NCBI RefSeq assembly: GCF_001194135.2
Contig: NC_068984.1
Coordinates: 79,492,649-79,556,648, forward strand
Reading direction: 5' to 3'
Source: Octopus bimaculoides
Taxonomy: Eukaryota
Length of the DNA stretch: 64,000 nt
Shown: positions 36,598-49,249 of the stretch, in pieces
Layout of the letters: each line of letters starts with the position of its first letter
Position numbering within the stretch: the first letter of the stretch is position 1
The notes under the pieces: generated by a model
Told to the model about the DNA's origin: nothing
The model's database searches: none
Seen by the model: only the letters and a program-made list of their open reading frames with translations
Made by a program: the position numbers and the translations under genes

Positions 36598-37584
36598 NNN
36601 NNNNNNNNNNNNNNNNNNNNNNNNNNNNNNNNNNNNNNNNNNNNNNNNNNNNNNNNNNNNNNNNNNNNNNNNNNNNNNNNNNNNNNNNNNNNNNNNNNNN
36701 NNNNNNNNNNNNNNNNNNNNNNNNNNNNNNNNNNNNNNNNNNNNNNNNNNNNNNNNNNNNNNNNNNNNNNNNNNNNNNNNNNNNNNNNNNNNNNNNNNNN
36801 NNNNNNNNNNNNNNNNNNNNNNNNNNNNNNNNNNNNNNNNNNNNNNNNNNNNNNNNNNNNNNNNNNNNNNNNNNNNNNNNNNNNNNNNNNNNNNNNNNNN
36901 NNNNNNNNNNNNNNNNNNNNNNNNNNNNNNNNNNNNNNNNNNNNNNNNNNNNNNNNNNNNNNNNNNNNNNNNNNNNNNNNNNNNNNNNNNNNNNNNNNNN
37001 NNNNNNNNNNNNNNNNNNNNNNNNNNNNNNNNNNNNNNNNNNNNNNNNNNNNNNNNNNNNNNNNNNNNNNNNNNNNNNNNNNNNNNNNNNNNNNNNNNNN
37101 NNNNNNNNNNNNNNNNNNNNNNNNNNNNNNNNNNNNNNNNNNNNNNNNNNNNNNNNNNNNNNNNNNNNNNNNNNNNNNNNNNNNNNNNNNNNNNNNNNNN
37201 NNNNNNNNNNNNNNNNNNNNNNNNNNNNNNNNNNNNNNNNNNNNNNNNNNNNNNNNNNNNNNNNNNNNNNNNNNNNNNNNNNNNNNNNNNNNNNNNNNNN
37301 NNNNNNNNNNNNNNNNNNNNNNNNNNNNNNNNNNNNNNNNNNNNNNNNNNNNNNNNNNNNNNNNNNNNNNNNNNNNNNNNNNNNNNNNNNNNNNNNNNNN
37401 NNNNNNNNNNNNNNNNNNNNNNNNNNNNNNNNNNNNNNNNNNNNNNNNNNNNNNNNNNNNNNNNNNNNNNNNNNNNNNNNNNNNNNNNNNNNNNNNNNNN
37501 NNNNNNNNNNNNNNNNNNNNNNNNNNNNNNNNNNNNNNNNNNNNNNNNNNNNNNNNNNNNNNNNNNNNNNNNNNNNNTATTATC

Positions 37585-37924
37585 GTTCACCTCGTGCTTT
37601 TGTAGCTCATTCATTCTTTTCTTCGATATCTCCATATCTTCTGTTGAAAAACCTTCAAATTCGGAATCACTGCTTGATAGCATGAAACTCCTCTCCATCT
37701 TCAAAGTTGAAAAAAATTAACGCCGCAAAAAATGTGGAAAAAAATCTTCCAAAATTCATTGAGTTCAAATATCACGCCAAACAATGTCGGAGACAATAAC
37801 TCAACTGTTTGCAAAGTGAAATCAGGTGTTTTAACGAATGTACTAACGAAATTTGGGTTCAAATATACATTTAAATAACAATGGGTACGCTCAGCCGGCT
37901 ACGGCCGGGTTAGTAACGAAAGGG
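37585..37924 (-). mobile_element. piggyBac-type element, 5' end with transposase N-terminus
   Basis: Reverse complement starts TTAA|CCCTTTCGTTACTAACCCGGCC, followed by the acidic N-terminus MLSSSDSEFEGFSTEDME. The remainder is lost next to the gap. Confidence 0.7.
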
Positions 37925-37949
37925 TTAAGCTGGTATATAGCTTTTAAGT

Positions 37950-38200
37950 AACTGGCCCTGAATGGGAAGATCTGCAAACAGATCTCTGATTTGTTTTGGA
38001 GAATTTGTTGCAATTGTTTCCTCCTGAGTCATATCCCAATGATGATCATATTCGTTGCAAAAAAAATCATGTAGAAAACAATCGTTCTGTCTCTTTCTCT
38101 CATCTCTTAGCATGCCACTTTTCTCTCTATTGTATTGTTATCCAATCAAAGGAGATCTTAGTCTTGCAAGCTGCATGGTGACCACACTAGTGCTGGTGCC
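37950..38200 (-). mobile_element. Possible Helitron Rep/helicase fragment
   Basis: DHHWDMTQEETIATNSPKQIRDLFA resembles the Helitron motif DD.HW..TL.EA....SP.QIR.LFA. Short and degenerate. Confidence 0.42.
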
Positions 38201-38706
38201 ACAAAAAATGAATCCAGTACATGCTGTAAAGTGGTCAGTGCTAAGGAGAACATTCAGCTCTAGAAATTTTGCAAAAGTAGACATTAGAGCATGATACAGT
38301 CTTTGCACCCAGCACCCAGCCAGACCCTGTCACACCTTCCTATCCATTACAGCATGGGACATATATTTAAAATGATAACAATGATGTTATGTGTATATGT
38401 GTATATATAAATATATATATATATATACATTTATATACACATAACATCTGCCTCATCTTCAAAACGCCTAGTTTAGAACAGAGGCAGCTGATGAAGGAAA
38501 CGTTCCATACGTGGCTTGTCTGTTTTCCTGTGTTCATTCTGTTGTCTGGAAAAAAAGTCCGTTTTTTTGTGTTTTGTTTATGTTCCCGTTCCTTTTTTGT
38601 CTGCGTTTTTTTGACGTCCTGTACCTGGATATGCATCTATATATACATGTAGATGTAGGTATGTACATATATGTATGTATATATGCATATGCTCACATAT
38701 CATTTG

Positions 38707-38748
<42 letters not shown>

Positions 38749-39016
38749 CTTGTTCTTTTTTTAAAGTGTTTTCATCCAAAATGGAGTCAAATGCCATTCT
38801 CCCATGTAATTGGCTAGAAAATTAAGACATTAAGATATTTTTCTTGACATGAAACCAATGGAAGCCTTAATACACATATGAAACTTTATCCAGCAATGCA
38901 GTGTTGAGCATTCATTCTCATTGTTTGATATTTACGTATGTATATTGTATATGTGTGTGTGTGTGTAATGTGTATGTGTGAGTATATATATATATATATT
39001 CATGTAGATATATATG

Positions 39017-39165
39017 TGGCTGTGGTAAGTAACTTGCTTATCAACCACATGGTTCTGGGTTCAGTCCCACTGCATGGCACCTTGGGCAATTATCTTCTGC
39101 TATAGTCTCAGGCCAACCAAAGCCTTGTGAGTAGACTTGGTAGATGGAAACTAAAAGAGAGCCTG

Positions 39166-39245
<80 letters not shown>

Positions 39246-39486
39246 ATATGTAAATATATATATATATATGTCTGTATGTATATGTTTGTGTGTGTCCCTG
39301 CGACATCGCTTGACAACCGATGCGATGCTGGTGTGTTTAGAACTCCGTAACATAGTGGTTCGGCAAAAGAGACCAATAGAATAAGTACTAGGCTTAGAAA
39401 GAATAAGTTCTGGGGTCGATTTGCTTGACTAAAGGCAATGCTCCAGCATGGCCACAATCAAGTGCCTGAAACAAGTAAAAAGAAAA
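39017..39486 (+). mobile_element. SINE family A, full length
   Basis: Head, long internal (TA)n and tail. Confidence 0.88.
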
Positions 39487-39545
39487 AGAAAAAAGAATAT
39501 ATCTATATATATATATAGATAAATATATAATATTATATGTAATAT

Positions 39546-39699
39546 ACACTCTCTGAGTGGTTGGCGTTAGGAAGGGCATCCAGCTGTAGAAACTCTGCCA
39601 AATCAGATTGGAGCCTGGTGTAGCCATCTGGTTTCACCAGTCCTCAGTCCAACCCATGCTAGCATGGAAAGCGGACGTTAAACGATGATGATGATGATG
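39546..39699 (+). mobile_element. Family B 3' portion with (GAT)n tail
   Basis: gttggcgttaggaagggcatccagctgtagaaactctgcc...ggacgttaaacgatgatgatg. Confidence 0.88.
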
Positions 39700-39719
39700 T
39701 AATATATATGTGTGTGTGT

Positions 39720-41015
<1,296 letters not shown>

Positions 41016-41322
41016 CAATAGTAGCAGAATTCCTAAATTACCTTGGTGTTTGATAAGCTCATACATTAATGGTTATTTCTATATATTAGCAGGTATAGGG
41101 AGGCATTATATGCAGCTGACTTTGGCTGAACAAGCCATCAAACATGAAAAGCATAATAATGTTTATATCTGTAGGTTTATTTATTTATTTATTTATTTAT
41201 CATTACAGTTTCTGTTTATTTTCATTTTATTTACAATCATTCCATATATATATATATATTATATTATATTATATTATATTTATTTATGTATATGAGGGAA
41301 GCTGTCATTTCATCTGATTTAC

Positions 41323-41407
41323 TCAGTTTGTCTTTTGTGAAGCTTTCATATGAACTGCCTGCTTCTCCTCGCCAGTGTGAAAACTCTCTGTCTTCGTCAG
41401 TATTTGT
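41323..41407 (-). CDS. Candidate 85-bp coding exon
   Basis: ttcgttataattcag|ACA AAT ACT GAC...AAA CTG A|gtaaat gives TNTDEDREFSHWRGEAGSSYESFTKDKL. No homolog recognised. Confidence 0.22.
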
Positions 41408-42419
41408 CTGAATTATAACGAATATGTCATGCCAAAATATATGGTACCGCTATTGGTTGCTGCCTCTTCAATTTTTATCTATTTTTCACTGAAATTGCTG
41501 TTGCAACGGAATGAAAAGAGTTAAGCAGATCTGGATTCCTAAATTTGAAAAAAAAAAGAAAAAAAGAAAAAAGGAAGGAACATCTTTAGTAACACAAGCC
41601 GTTTGTTGTTTGTCTTTTGTTGATGAAAATCCCTGGTCCTAGACAACTTAATCAGACTTTTATATGGCAGTTCTTGACATTGTAGAATCCCATGTAAACC
41701 CTGATTGACTGGGCCCATTAATCAAATGCTTTCTAGCCATGAACATGCTTGTGTTTTTGCATTTCTAACATTACATTATTCTGGTATGTCTTCCAATTTT
41801 ATTTTTAGTAAGATAGTAGGATGTAGGATGTGTTTTGAAGAAGATTTGGCTGCTATTTCTATTAGGTTCTGAGAAGGGACATGATTTAATAATTAGGCAA
41901 TTGAGTTTTTAATCATGAAATTGTGGTTTGTTTCCCTGTCTGGAATGTGCATTGGCACTTTACTTCAAATTGCTTCTATACATTTAGATGGTCAAAATGA
42001 GTATTAAGACTGATTGACAGAGCAACTGATTGATGTCAGCATGAAGTTAACATAACAGCCTTAAAATATCATTGATAAAACCAAAAGCCTTTAGGTACAA
42101 ATTGAAATGAATCCATCAGTGAAGTTCTATGTTCTATTATCGTAATTTTTATTATTCACTTTTCCATGCTTATTTGGGTCAAATGGTGTTTATTGAAGCA
42201 GATTTCATTTCATGTTGCTGCAGTCTGCTCTACTGAAAATGTTCCCTAGCTGACCACTGATCAGCTATAGTTTTATAATTTCCACCTTTTATTCAGTATC
42301 CTAATCAGGAAAGGAATTCATGCTATGACCACACCATCTCATTCAGGCATGCTCTGTTTTTAAGATAAAATTATTCAATGCACGAAATGTCTTCACCCTG
42401 CAAGTTTTTTGGCGAACCC

Positions 42420-42613
42420 ACTGGTGTTAGTGCCACGTAAAAAGCACCCAGCACACTCTGTAAAGTGGTTGGCATCAGGAAGGGCATCCAGCAATAGAAA
42501 CTGTGCCTAAGCAGGCAAAGGAACCTGGTGAAGCTCTCCAGTTTACCTAGCTCCTGCCAAATTGTCCAACCCATGCCAGCATTGGAAGGCAGATGTTAAG
42601 TGATGGTGATGAT
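42420..42613 (+). mobile_element. Family B-related copy, diverged
   Basis: gccacgtaaaaagcaccc...ggttggcatcaggaagggcatccag...tccaacccatgccagca. Confidence 0.8.
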
Positions 42614-43411
42614 ACCAGGATGTGTTTTGGGGAAGTTTAGCTATTGTTTCTAGCATTTCAAGTGGCCACATATTGGCTTTCTTGTTTTTGCTACCATTTA
42701 GCCTCAGGTAAGTTCACCAAGCAGACATCCGATCATAAAGTATTCCTTGCTGCTCATTGTTTGATATACTATTGATGTGAATTCCTGTGCTAGCTTTTGT
42801 AGTTTTTATGCATAATTTTCTTACATACAAATGCTTAGATACACACATGTACACACATTTACACACACACACACGCGCATGCACACCTACATATATGCAT
42901 ATATTCATATGATCATTCATACATATATATCACTCATAAACACTTAAAGAAGTGTGCTATTCATAAGGTTATAAATATATGCATATCATAGTAACTGATT
43001 ATAATGCATTATATACATAACGGCTTCTTAGAAGTAACAAAGTAAATATACAAGAACTCTAGGAACTGTTTCACCTTTCTGTCTTTTACACCCACTCCAT
43101 TACTTTGCTGCTGTTCAGACTAATCATTTTACTACTGCCAGCTGTGTCAGAATTATAATAAAAATAAACATAAAATCAAAGAGGACTGTTGTGTGACTAA
43201 CTCATAAATCCTCTGGGAATTCCAAATATATTGATATATCATTGTTATTCTACTGTTTGCTCTTTTTTTTTTCTGAAAGCACTCAAGTCTTTTGAACTTA
43301 ACAGACCTGAAGAATGATATATTCTGTTTGTAAGCTGTCCGACTAGGTAATCCTTTGATAATGACATAAAGATAAATTATTCCAAATATGGGAAAATCCT
43401 ACAAAAACATT

Positions 43412-43630
43412 GGCTTCCAATTTTGGGACAAGACCAGCAATTTTGGGAGATGTGGGTAAGCTGGTTACATCGACCTCAGTCCTCATCCGGTACTTATTTC
43501 AATGACCCTGAAAGTATGAAAGACAAAGTGGACTTTGGCAGAATTTGAACTCAGAACATAAAGATGGATGAAATTCTGTTAAGCATTTCATCCAGCATGC
43601 TAAAAATCCTGCCAGCTTGCTGCCTTGTAT
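43412..43630 (-). mobile_element. SINE family D
   Basis: Homologous to the other D copies. Confidence 0.8.
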
Positions 43631-43849
43631 TATATAAATACTGATTTTAAATCTTGGCATGAGGCCAGCAATAGCTTGGCATTCATAGGCCCAGAGTTCT
43701 TCAAAGCTCATCCAAAAGAAATGAGACTGACACAAGGTGGATGTAGATGTCTTTAAATAGAAACTGGTCATTCACCTCATTGTGTTGTCACAACTTATTG
43801 ATTATATTGACCCAAGTATTCCACTGGTACTTATTTCATCAGTACCATG

Positions 43850-44650
43850 TTATCTGTTCTTTTCAACTAATACTTTCCTGATTATTCTGGCCATGCCAGA
43901 ATTGTAACAGTTCTACTGGGCATTCTATTCCGATTTTCTTTATATTCTTCTTGATGCCTTCTGATGTTATCCCCAAGGACCCAACAATAATTGGTACTAT
44001 CTTCACCTTCTTTGTTTTTACATAGCCTTGTACTAAAGAGAATTGTATATATCTATTTTTTTGCCTTCCTTCTTGAATTTTCATGGGTCAAAGGGGTTCG
44101 AACATCAACTATATAGCACACGTAGTCCGCCACTAGGTCCGGTTTGTTATGCCCTAGCACCTGATATATTTGAATTGGAAAATTCCACAGGATTTTGCAG
44201 GTCTTTGACTCTGCCACTTCCTGCGGTTTGTGCTCATACCTTGTTTTGTCTCTCTCTAGCCCCCACTTTTCATAGTTTCCTTTTTTGCACTTTTACCACC
44301 TCATTGTGTTGTCACAACTTGTAATGGTTTTGTGCAAGTCTAGAACATTTGTTCACAATATGGGCAATGGTTTTGACCACTATATTATAGATGTGGCACA
44401 GTGGAGATACTTGTTCATTCCTAAGGTTGACCCTCCAGTTTGTGGCCAAAGCTTGGTTGTGCACTGCTAGTACAGTGTTCTCAGTCTCTTTATTCAATGC
44501 TCTTTTCTTCAGCCAGTCTCACCTACGTTTTCCAGCAACTTCAGTTGTGACTGGAATTTATTGTGTAGTCCCTTTTTGCATAATGTTTCTTCATGTGCCT
44601 TTTGTACTTCTTGCTTTGTTTTTCCCTCTTTTTTTCTCTGCTTTCAATAC
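43850..44650 (-). mobile_element. R4/Dong-like RLE non-LTR retrotransposon, decayed 3' region (subfamily 2)
   Basis: NKETENTVLAVHNQALATNWR...SPLCHI...TIAHIVNKCSRLAQNHYK (CCHC-knuckle region) and KKVKIVPIIVGSLG...IGIECPVELLQ (RLE C-terminus). Confidence 0.72.
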
Positions 44651-44655
44651 TCTCC

Positions 44656-45117
44656 AGTGAGCCGGCAGAATTGTTAGTATGCTGAACAAAACGCTTAGTG
44701 CCATTTCGTCTGTCTTTACAGTTTGAGTTCAAATTCTGCAGAGGTTAACTTCACCTTTCATACTTCCGGGATCGATAAAATAAGTACCAGTTGAGCACTG
44801 GGGTTGATGTAATTGACTTACCCCAAACTTGCTGGTCTTGAGCAAAGATTTGAGACTGTTTATTATTATTATTATTATTGAAAAAAAGAAATCATTATTA
44901 TTATTGGCCATGAGCTAGCAGAACTGATAGCATGCCAAGCAAAATGCCTAGCAGCATTTCGTCTGTTTTTTACATTCTAAGTTTAAACTTCACCAGGGTC
45001 AGCTTTGCCTTTCATCTTCTTGGGGTCGATAAAATAAGTACCAGCTGAGTACTGGCTGCATGTAAATCACCTTACCCCTTCCCCCAAAAGTTAGGTCTTG
45101 TGCCTGTAGTAGAAAGG

Positions 45118-45120
<3 letters not shown>
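44656..45120 (+). mobile_element. Two tandem SINE family D copies (44656-44855 and 44912-45120), each followed by (ATT)n
   Basis: gagc.ggcagaa..g.tag.atg...gagttcaaattctgc...ctttcat..ttc.gggatcgataaaataagtaccag. Confidence 0.85.
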
Positions 45121-45149
<29 letters not shown>

Positions 45150-45255
45150 CATTTTCTCTTTATCACTTGCATGCATAGTGGGCTTACTACCTGCAGCCTG
45201 CGGTGCCATACTATTCGTTCTTTTCAGCTATCTAATACTTTCCTGATTACTCTGA
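45150..45255 (-). mobile_element. 3' end of an R4/Dong-like subfamily 2 element
   Basis: cagctatctaatactttcctgatta is shared with 43866-43885 and, in reverse, with 58140-58165. Ends at an (ATT)n run. Confidence 0.65.
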
Positions 45256-46590
45256 CAAGCAGGGTGGCCAATCTCACCCAGAAATGGGCTGAGAGGAAGC
45301 TGTCCCTGAAAGGTTGAGTGGAGGTGGTGAATGCATGCATCACATCTGTCATCTATCAGTGCTTGACCATCGTCCCTTGCTCTGTTTGCTGGTTGACCAA
45401 GCTGGTGCGCTTGCTCTTCTTTCTGTGGAAGGGGCACGTTCCACTGGTCAGGTGCTCCATCTGCTGTCAACAGCTGCTGAATTGAGGACTGGGCATGCCA
45501 TGGCTGCTGATGTGCAGACATGAACTCAGCGTTTCCTGGATGGTGAGCAGGTGTGGTTGCCGTTTATCAGAATCGCTCTTCCACAGCTCATCTCTTTGAC
45601 TGAGCAGCGATCCTGGATTAAGCGTAGACTGAGGAAGGGTGTTTGGTACCTTGAGTGCCATCAAGCACTCACAGCCCTCTGCCAGGCAGGCAATGCTATT
45701 GGTAGTAGTTCCACTCTAGCGTTCTATAGAAGGTTCGAAGAGGAAAAGTGTGACGATGTTCTCGGAGAAACTCTAGGCAGTGATGTGGATCGACTTACTG
45801 GTCAGTTTCAGAGAACTTTCAGGCCGGGGCCTATGGATAACTTCCAGAAATCCCTTGCCTGGCAGTGCTACCAGGGGGTGCTGCTTGTTTGAGATAAACT
45901 TTATAGGCACAAAAGTGCTGTCAGCTGGGCTTGTGCAAGGTGCGCTCAGAGCAATGAAACCGTCCTGCATGCACTCGTCCAGTGCCCGAGCATTGCTGAC
46001 CTGTGGGTTTATACCAAACAGCTGCTGTCATGTGTAGGATAGATCTGGCTATCAACTGAATCCATAGTGAAGATTTCCCTGCCAGTCTCCTTTATCTGGG
46101 GGTGGGGGGAGAGGTATTTTGTCTTGTGACTGTAGCAAAAGCGGTAGTATGGTGGACTCTATTGAAAGAGCTAAAGTCAGACACTTTTCTCTTTGGCCAA
46201 ACCCGCATCAACTTTTTCAAGTATCACTTGAAGAGGAAAGTGAGGGTGGAAAGGGAAATGTTGTCTTCTAGCAAGTTTGCTGAAAGGTGGGTGAATGTTG
46301 GAAGAATAGCCAGTATAAAAGGAACAATTCTGAGTACACACCTGTAAAAAAAGGAAATTAAAAGAGAAGGGCTCTTGCCCTATTGATCAGGTACCTGTGA
46401 CTTTTGTAGGTTTTTTCCATGAGTCGCCTTAAAGCGCCTCCACTTATTGGGAGTTTTATCTGTTTTTTCCTTGTTATCTTATTTACACATTTTGAAATCT
46501 TTTGTATTGTCCTATCATGTCCTTTAATGTATCTTTATACTAGCCTTGTGGCCAATAAAAGAATTAATTATTATTATTATTATTATTATT
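45255..46590 (+). mobile_element. Tx1/L1-clade LINE, 3' fragment, decayed
   Basis: WAERKLSLKG.VEVVN...FLWKG..PLVR.SICCQ....GLGMPWL, then the zf-RVT motif CARCAQSNETVLHALVQCPSIADLW, a 3' UTR, AATAAA and an (ATT)n tail. Confidence 0.85.
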
Positions 46591-47909
46591 TAGTTTTCTT
46601 TCTTATACCTCAAAGAATGCAATTATTCTTTGAAGACATACTTACAAACATTGTTGGTTCAGTCAATAAATGCTTTGAGATAATTCTCTAACAAATATTT
46701 ACCATCTGAAATACTTTTATTTTCTGGAACATTCATATATCAATACTTATTTATCTTATTGAAAACTTCTTATAAAACTGATTGTGTATCAATTAAGTTG
46801 CACTAATTACAAATGGAATGATGGACACACTTCTTATATGCTGTCATGATTGCAATTCAAAAGCTTAGCTGATTTAATAGTGAAGCTTCCGATCTTGGCT
46901 TTTGCATATTATGAAAGTCACTTAGTAGCACTGTCAGTTATAAAGATGCTATTGTCATATTTGTCATGGACTATTGTTAAGTTTGTTTTCCATAGCAGCT
47001 GGTGATCAGTCTCTATGATATTTTCCTCGGGATCTTTGTATTGTCGTTTTCTAAAACAGCTGGATTCATAATGTTATCACAGAACTTAGTATTCATGAAT
47101 TTGAAATAGTTGACTTGCCCTATATATACACACGCACACGTATGTGTGCATGCAGACACACACACACAAACACACACAAACACACACACACAGACACAGA
47201 CAGACACACACATGCACACACATGCATATATACATAATGTGTGTGTGTGTGTTTGTATATATGTCTGTAAGCATACATGTATAAGCATGTATGCATGCGT
47301 GTGTGTATATATGCACACCTGTATTAATACACATAGAAGTAGATATATGCATATTTCGTTTTTGTTTTGGTTTGCAAGATTCTTGATGTGAATTCTTGTG
47401 TTGAAACAGATTTTGTTGTATCTTGAGAGGGTCATTATGACAATAACAAACACCTACACTAGTTCAGTTTCACTTTATTAATATTACTATTATCTTGGTT
47501 TGGCTCAGATTTGGTTTTATTCCTGGTAGGATTTATGTAGGTAGCGGGTTACTACCTGTAACCTTTGGTGTCCACAAGTTTCCAACAGTCTTTCAAGTGC
47601 TTAGAACCCTCCTGATAACTTGCTATCTCTAAGAGATAAACTTTCTGTAGGAGCTCTACCAGGCATTGTATTTCAATCTCTTTCAGCTATTTGTCTATAT
47701 CTTGGCTTACAATGCACCAATTATTATAAGCACAACCTTTACTGTTCACATGCTCCAAATTCTTCCTGTTTCAAATTTTAAGGGATTGTATTTTTTTTTA
47801 TTTTTCTTCCTCTTTCTTTATGATCCTGGAATCAAATGGGCATGATGGTTTGATAAATAAGCAACTTCACTTTTCTTTATCTATAATTGTTATTATTATT
47901 ATTATTATT

Positions 47910-48673
47910 GATTTATTGTCTTTGCACAACTTCTAATACTGGAGATGTACTATGGTGTCAGCCGTTCACTACCAGTGAAGTAAGGTAACACCCCTTATTT
48001 TTCGAGCACCGTCTGGAGTATTTGAGCAGTTCCATGCAGTGCTGTTTTCTGAAAGTACTCCACCCTTATTGCAGCCCCTATTTGTTCAATGTACTTCTCA
48101 AGATTTTTACTCACTGTTCCTTGGGCTCCGACAATTATCGGTACTACTACCATCTTTTTCAGCGACCACAATTGCTTAACCTCCCAAGCTAACCTGTTAT
48201 AGCTATCGACTTTTCTTTCTTCCTTATCGCATACCTTGTTGTCAGCTGGGTATGTTATATCTATGATTCAGCATAGTCTGCTTTCTTTCTCAATTAAAAC
48301 TATGTCTGGTTTCCTATTCTCTATCTCATGGTCACACTGAATCATAAAAATCCCATAGGATCTTTGCATTATCATTTTCGATGATGCCTTTGGGTTTATG
48401 TACATACCATTTTTTTGCTCTGTCAAGTCCATACTTGTTGCAAAGTGTCCAATGGACAATCCTTGCTATATTGTCATGACGTCTCTTATATATATTCTTT
48501 CTGGGCTTGTGGCATACATTGACTGGTAATATTCCATACGGGTTCACCATATGGGTTCACCATTTTGTCCACAAATTCTGCACTTATCACTTTCTGATGT
48601 GTTTATTTTGTATTTGATGTAATTGGCTCTTAATGCTTGCTCTTGGGTAGCACAGATTAAAGCCTCCGTTTCC
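47910..48673 (-). mobile_element. R4/Dong-like RLE retrotransposon 3' fragment (subfamily 1) embedded in (TAA)n
   Basis: ETEALICATQEQALRANYIK...CRICG..., RRHDNIARIVHW, IQCDHEIENRKPDIVLIEK...IIDITYPAD..V..KEERK (PD..D..K RLE), VVVPIIVGAQGTVSKNL...QKTALHGTAQIL. (ATT)n lies on both flanks. Confidence 0.88.
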
Positions 48674-48698
48674 ATTATTATTATCATTATTATTATTA

Positions 48699-48732
<34 letters not shown>

Positions 48733-49249
48733 ATATCTATGTGTATTTTTCATTTTGTTTGTTTTTTTATGCCTGTTTTATCATGGTAGTATGAGTTAGA
48801 TGAATAAGTTGTTAAGGCATTACTTTGCAGCTTGACACTCTTTTTGATGCTAACCTTTTGCTGGTTTTCATGGGATCTCTTCTTCCATGCAGCTTCAGAA
48901 GCACAAAATGATTGGGTGAATAATAGGTATGAAAAATGCTGACAGAACTTAATGCAAACCTTGTGACAATCGAATAAGTCAGTGGAAGATATAAACAACT
49001 ACGACAAGGCCCAGGGCTTATGATGTGGTGGTTTGTGTTCTTCACTGATTCTGAGACCTATGCCAACAGAGCACAATCTCTTAACAAGACCTCAAATACC
49101 ATGAAGTTGGAACATAGTATACGCAACAATTAATTCTGTATAAAAGCTGTATACTGTTCCCTATCTCAACCATTTTATTTTTCCTTCATACAGAAATTTA
49201 TGTGGACACACCTAGGCAACCCCAACAAATGTTTAAAAGCATTCTGAAT

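Noticed and set aside
42702-42707. Apparent 6-nt microexon (tttttgctaccatttag|CCTCAG|gtaagt) with an upstream UGC motif
   Set aside because: The sequence is the reverse-complemented 3' end of repeat family F (compare gggctaaac at 60710-60718), so the splice-like signals are repeat-derived. Exonisation is possible but unsupported.
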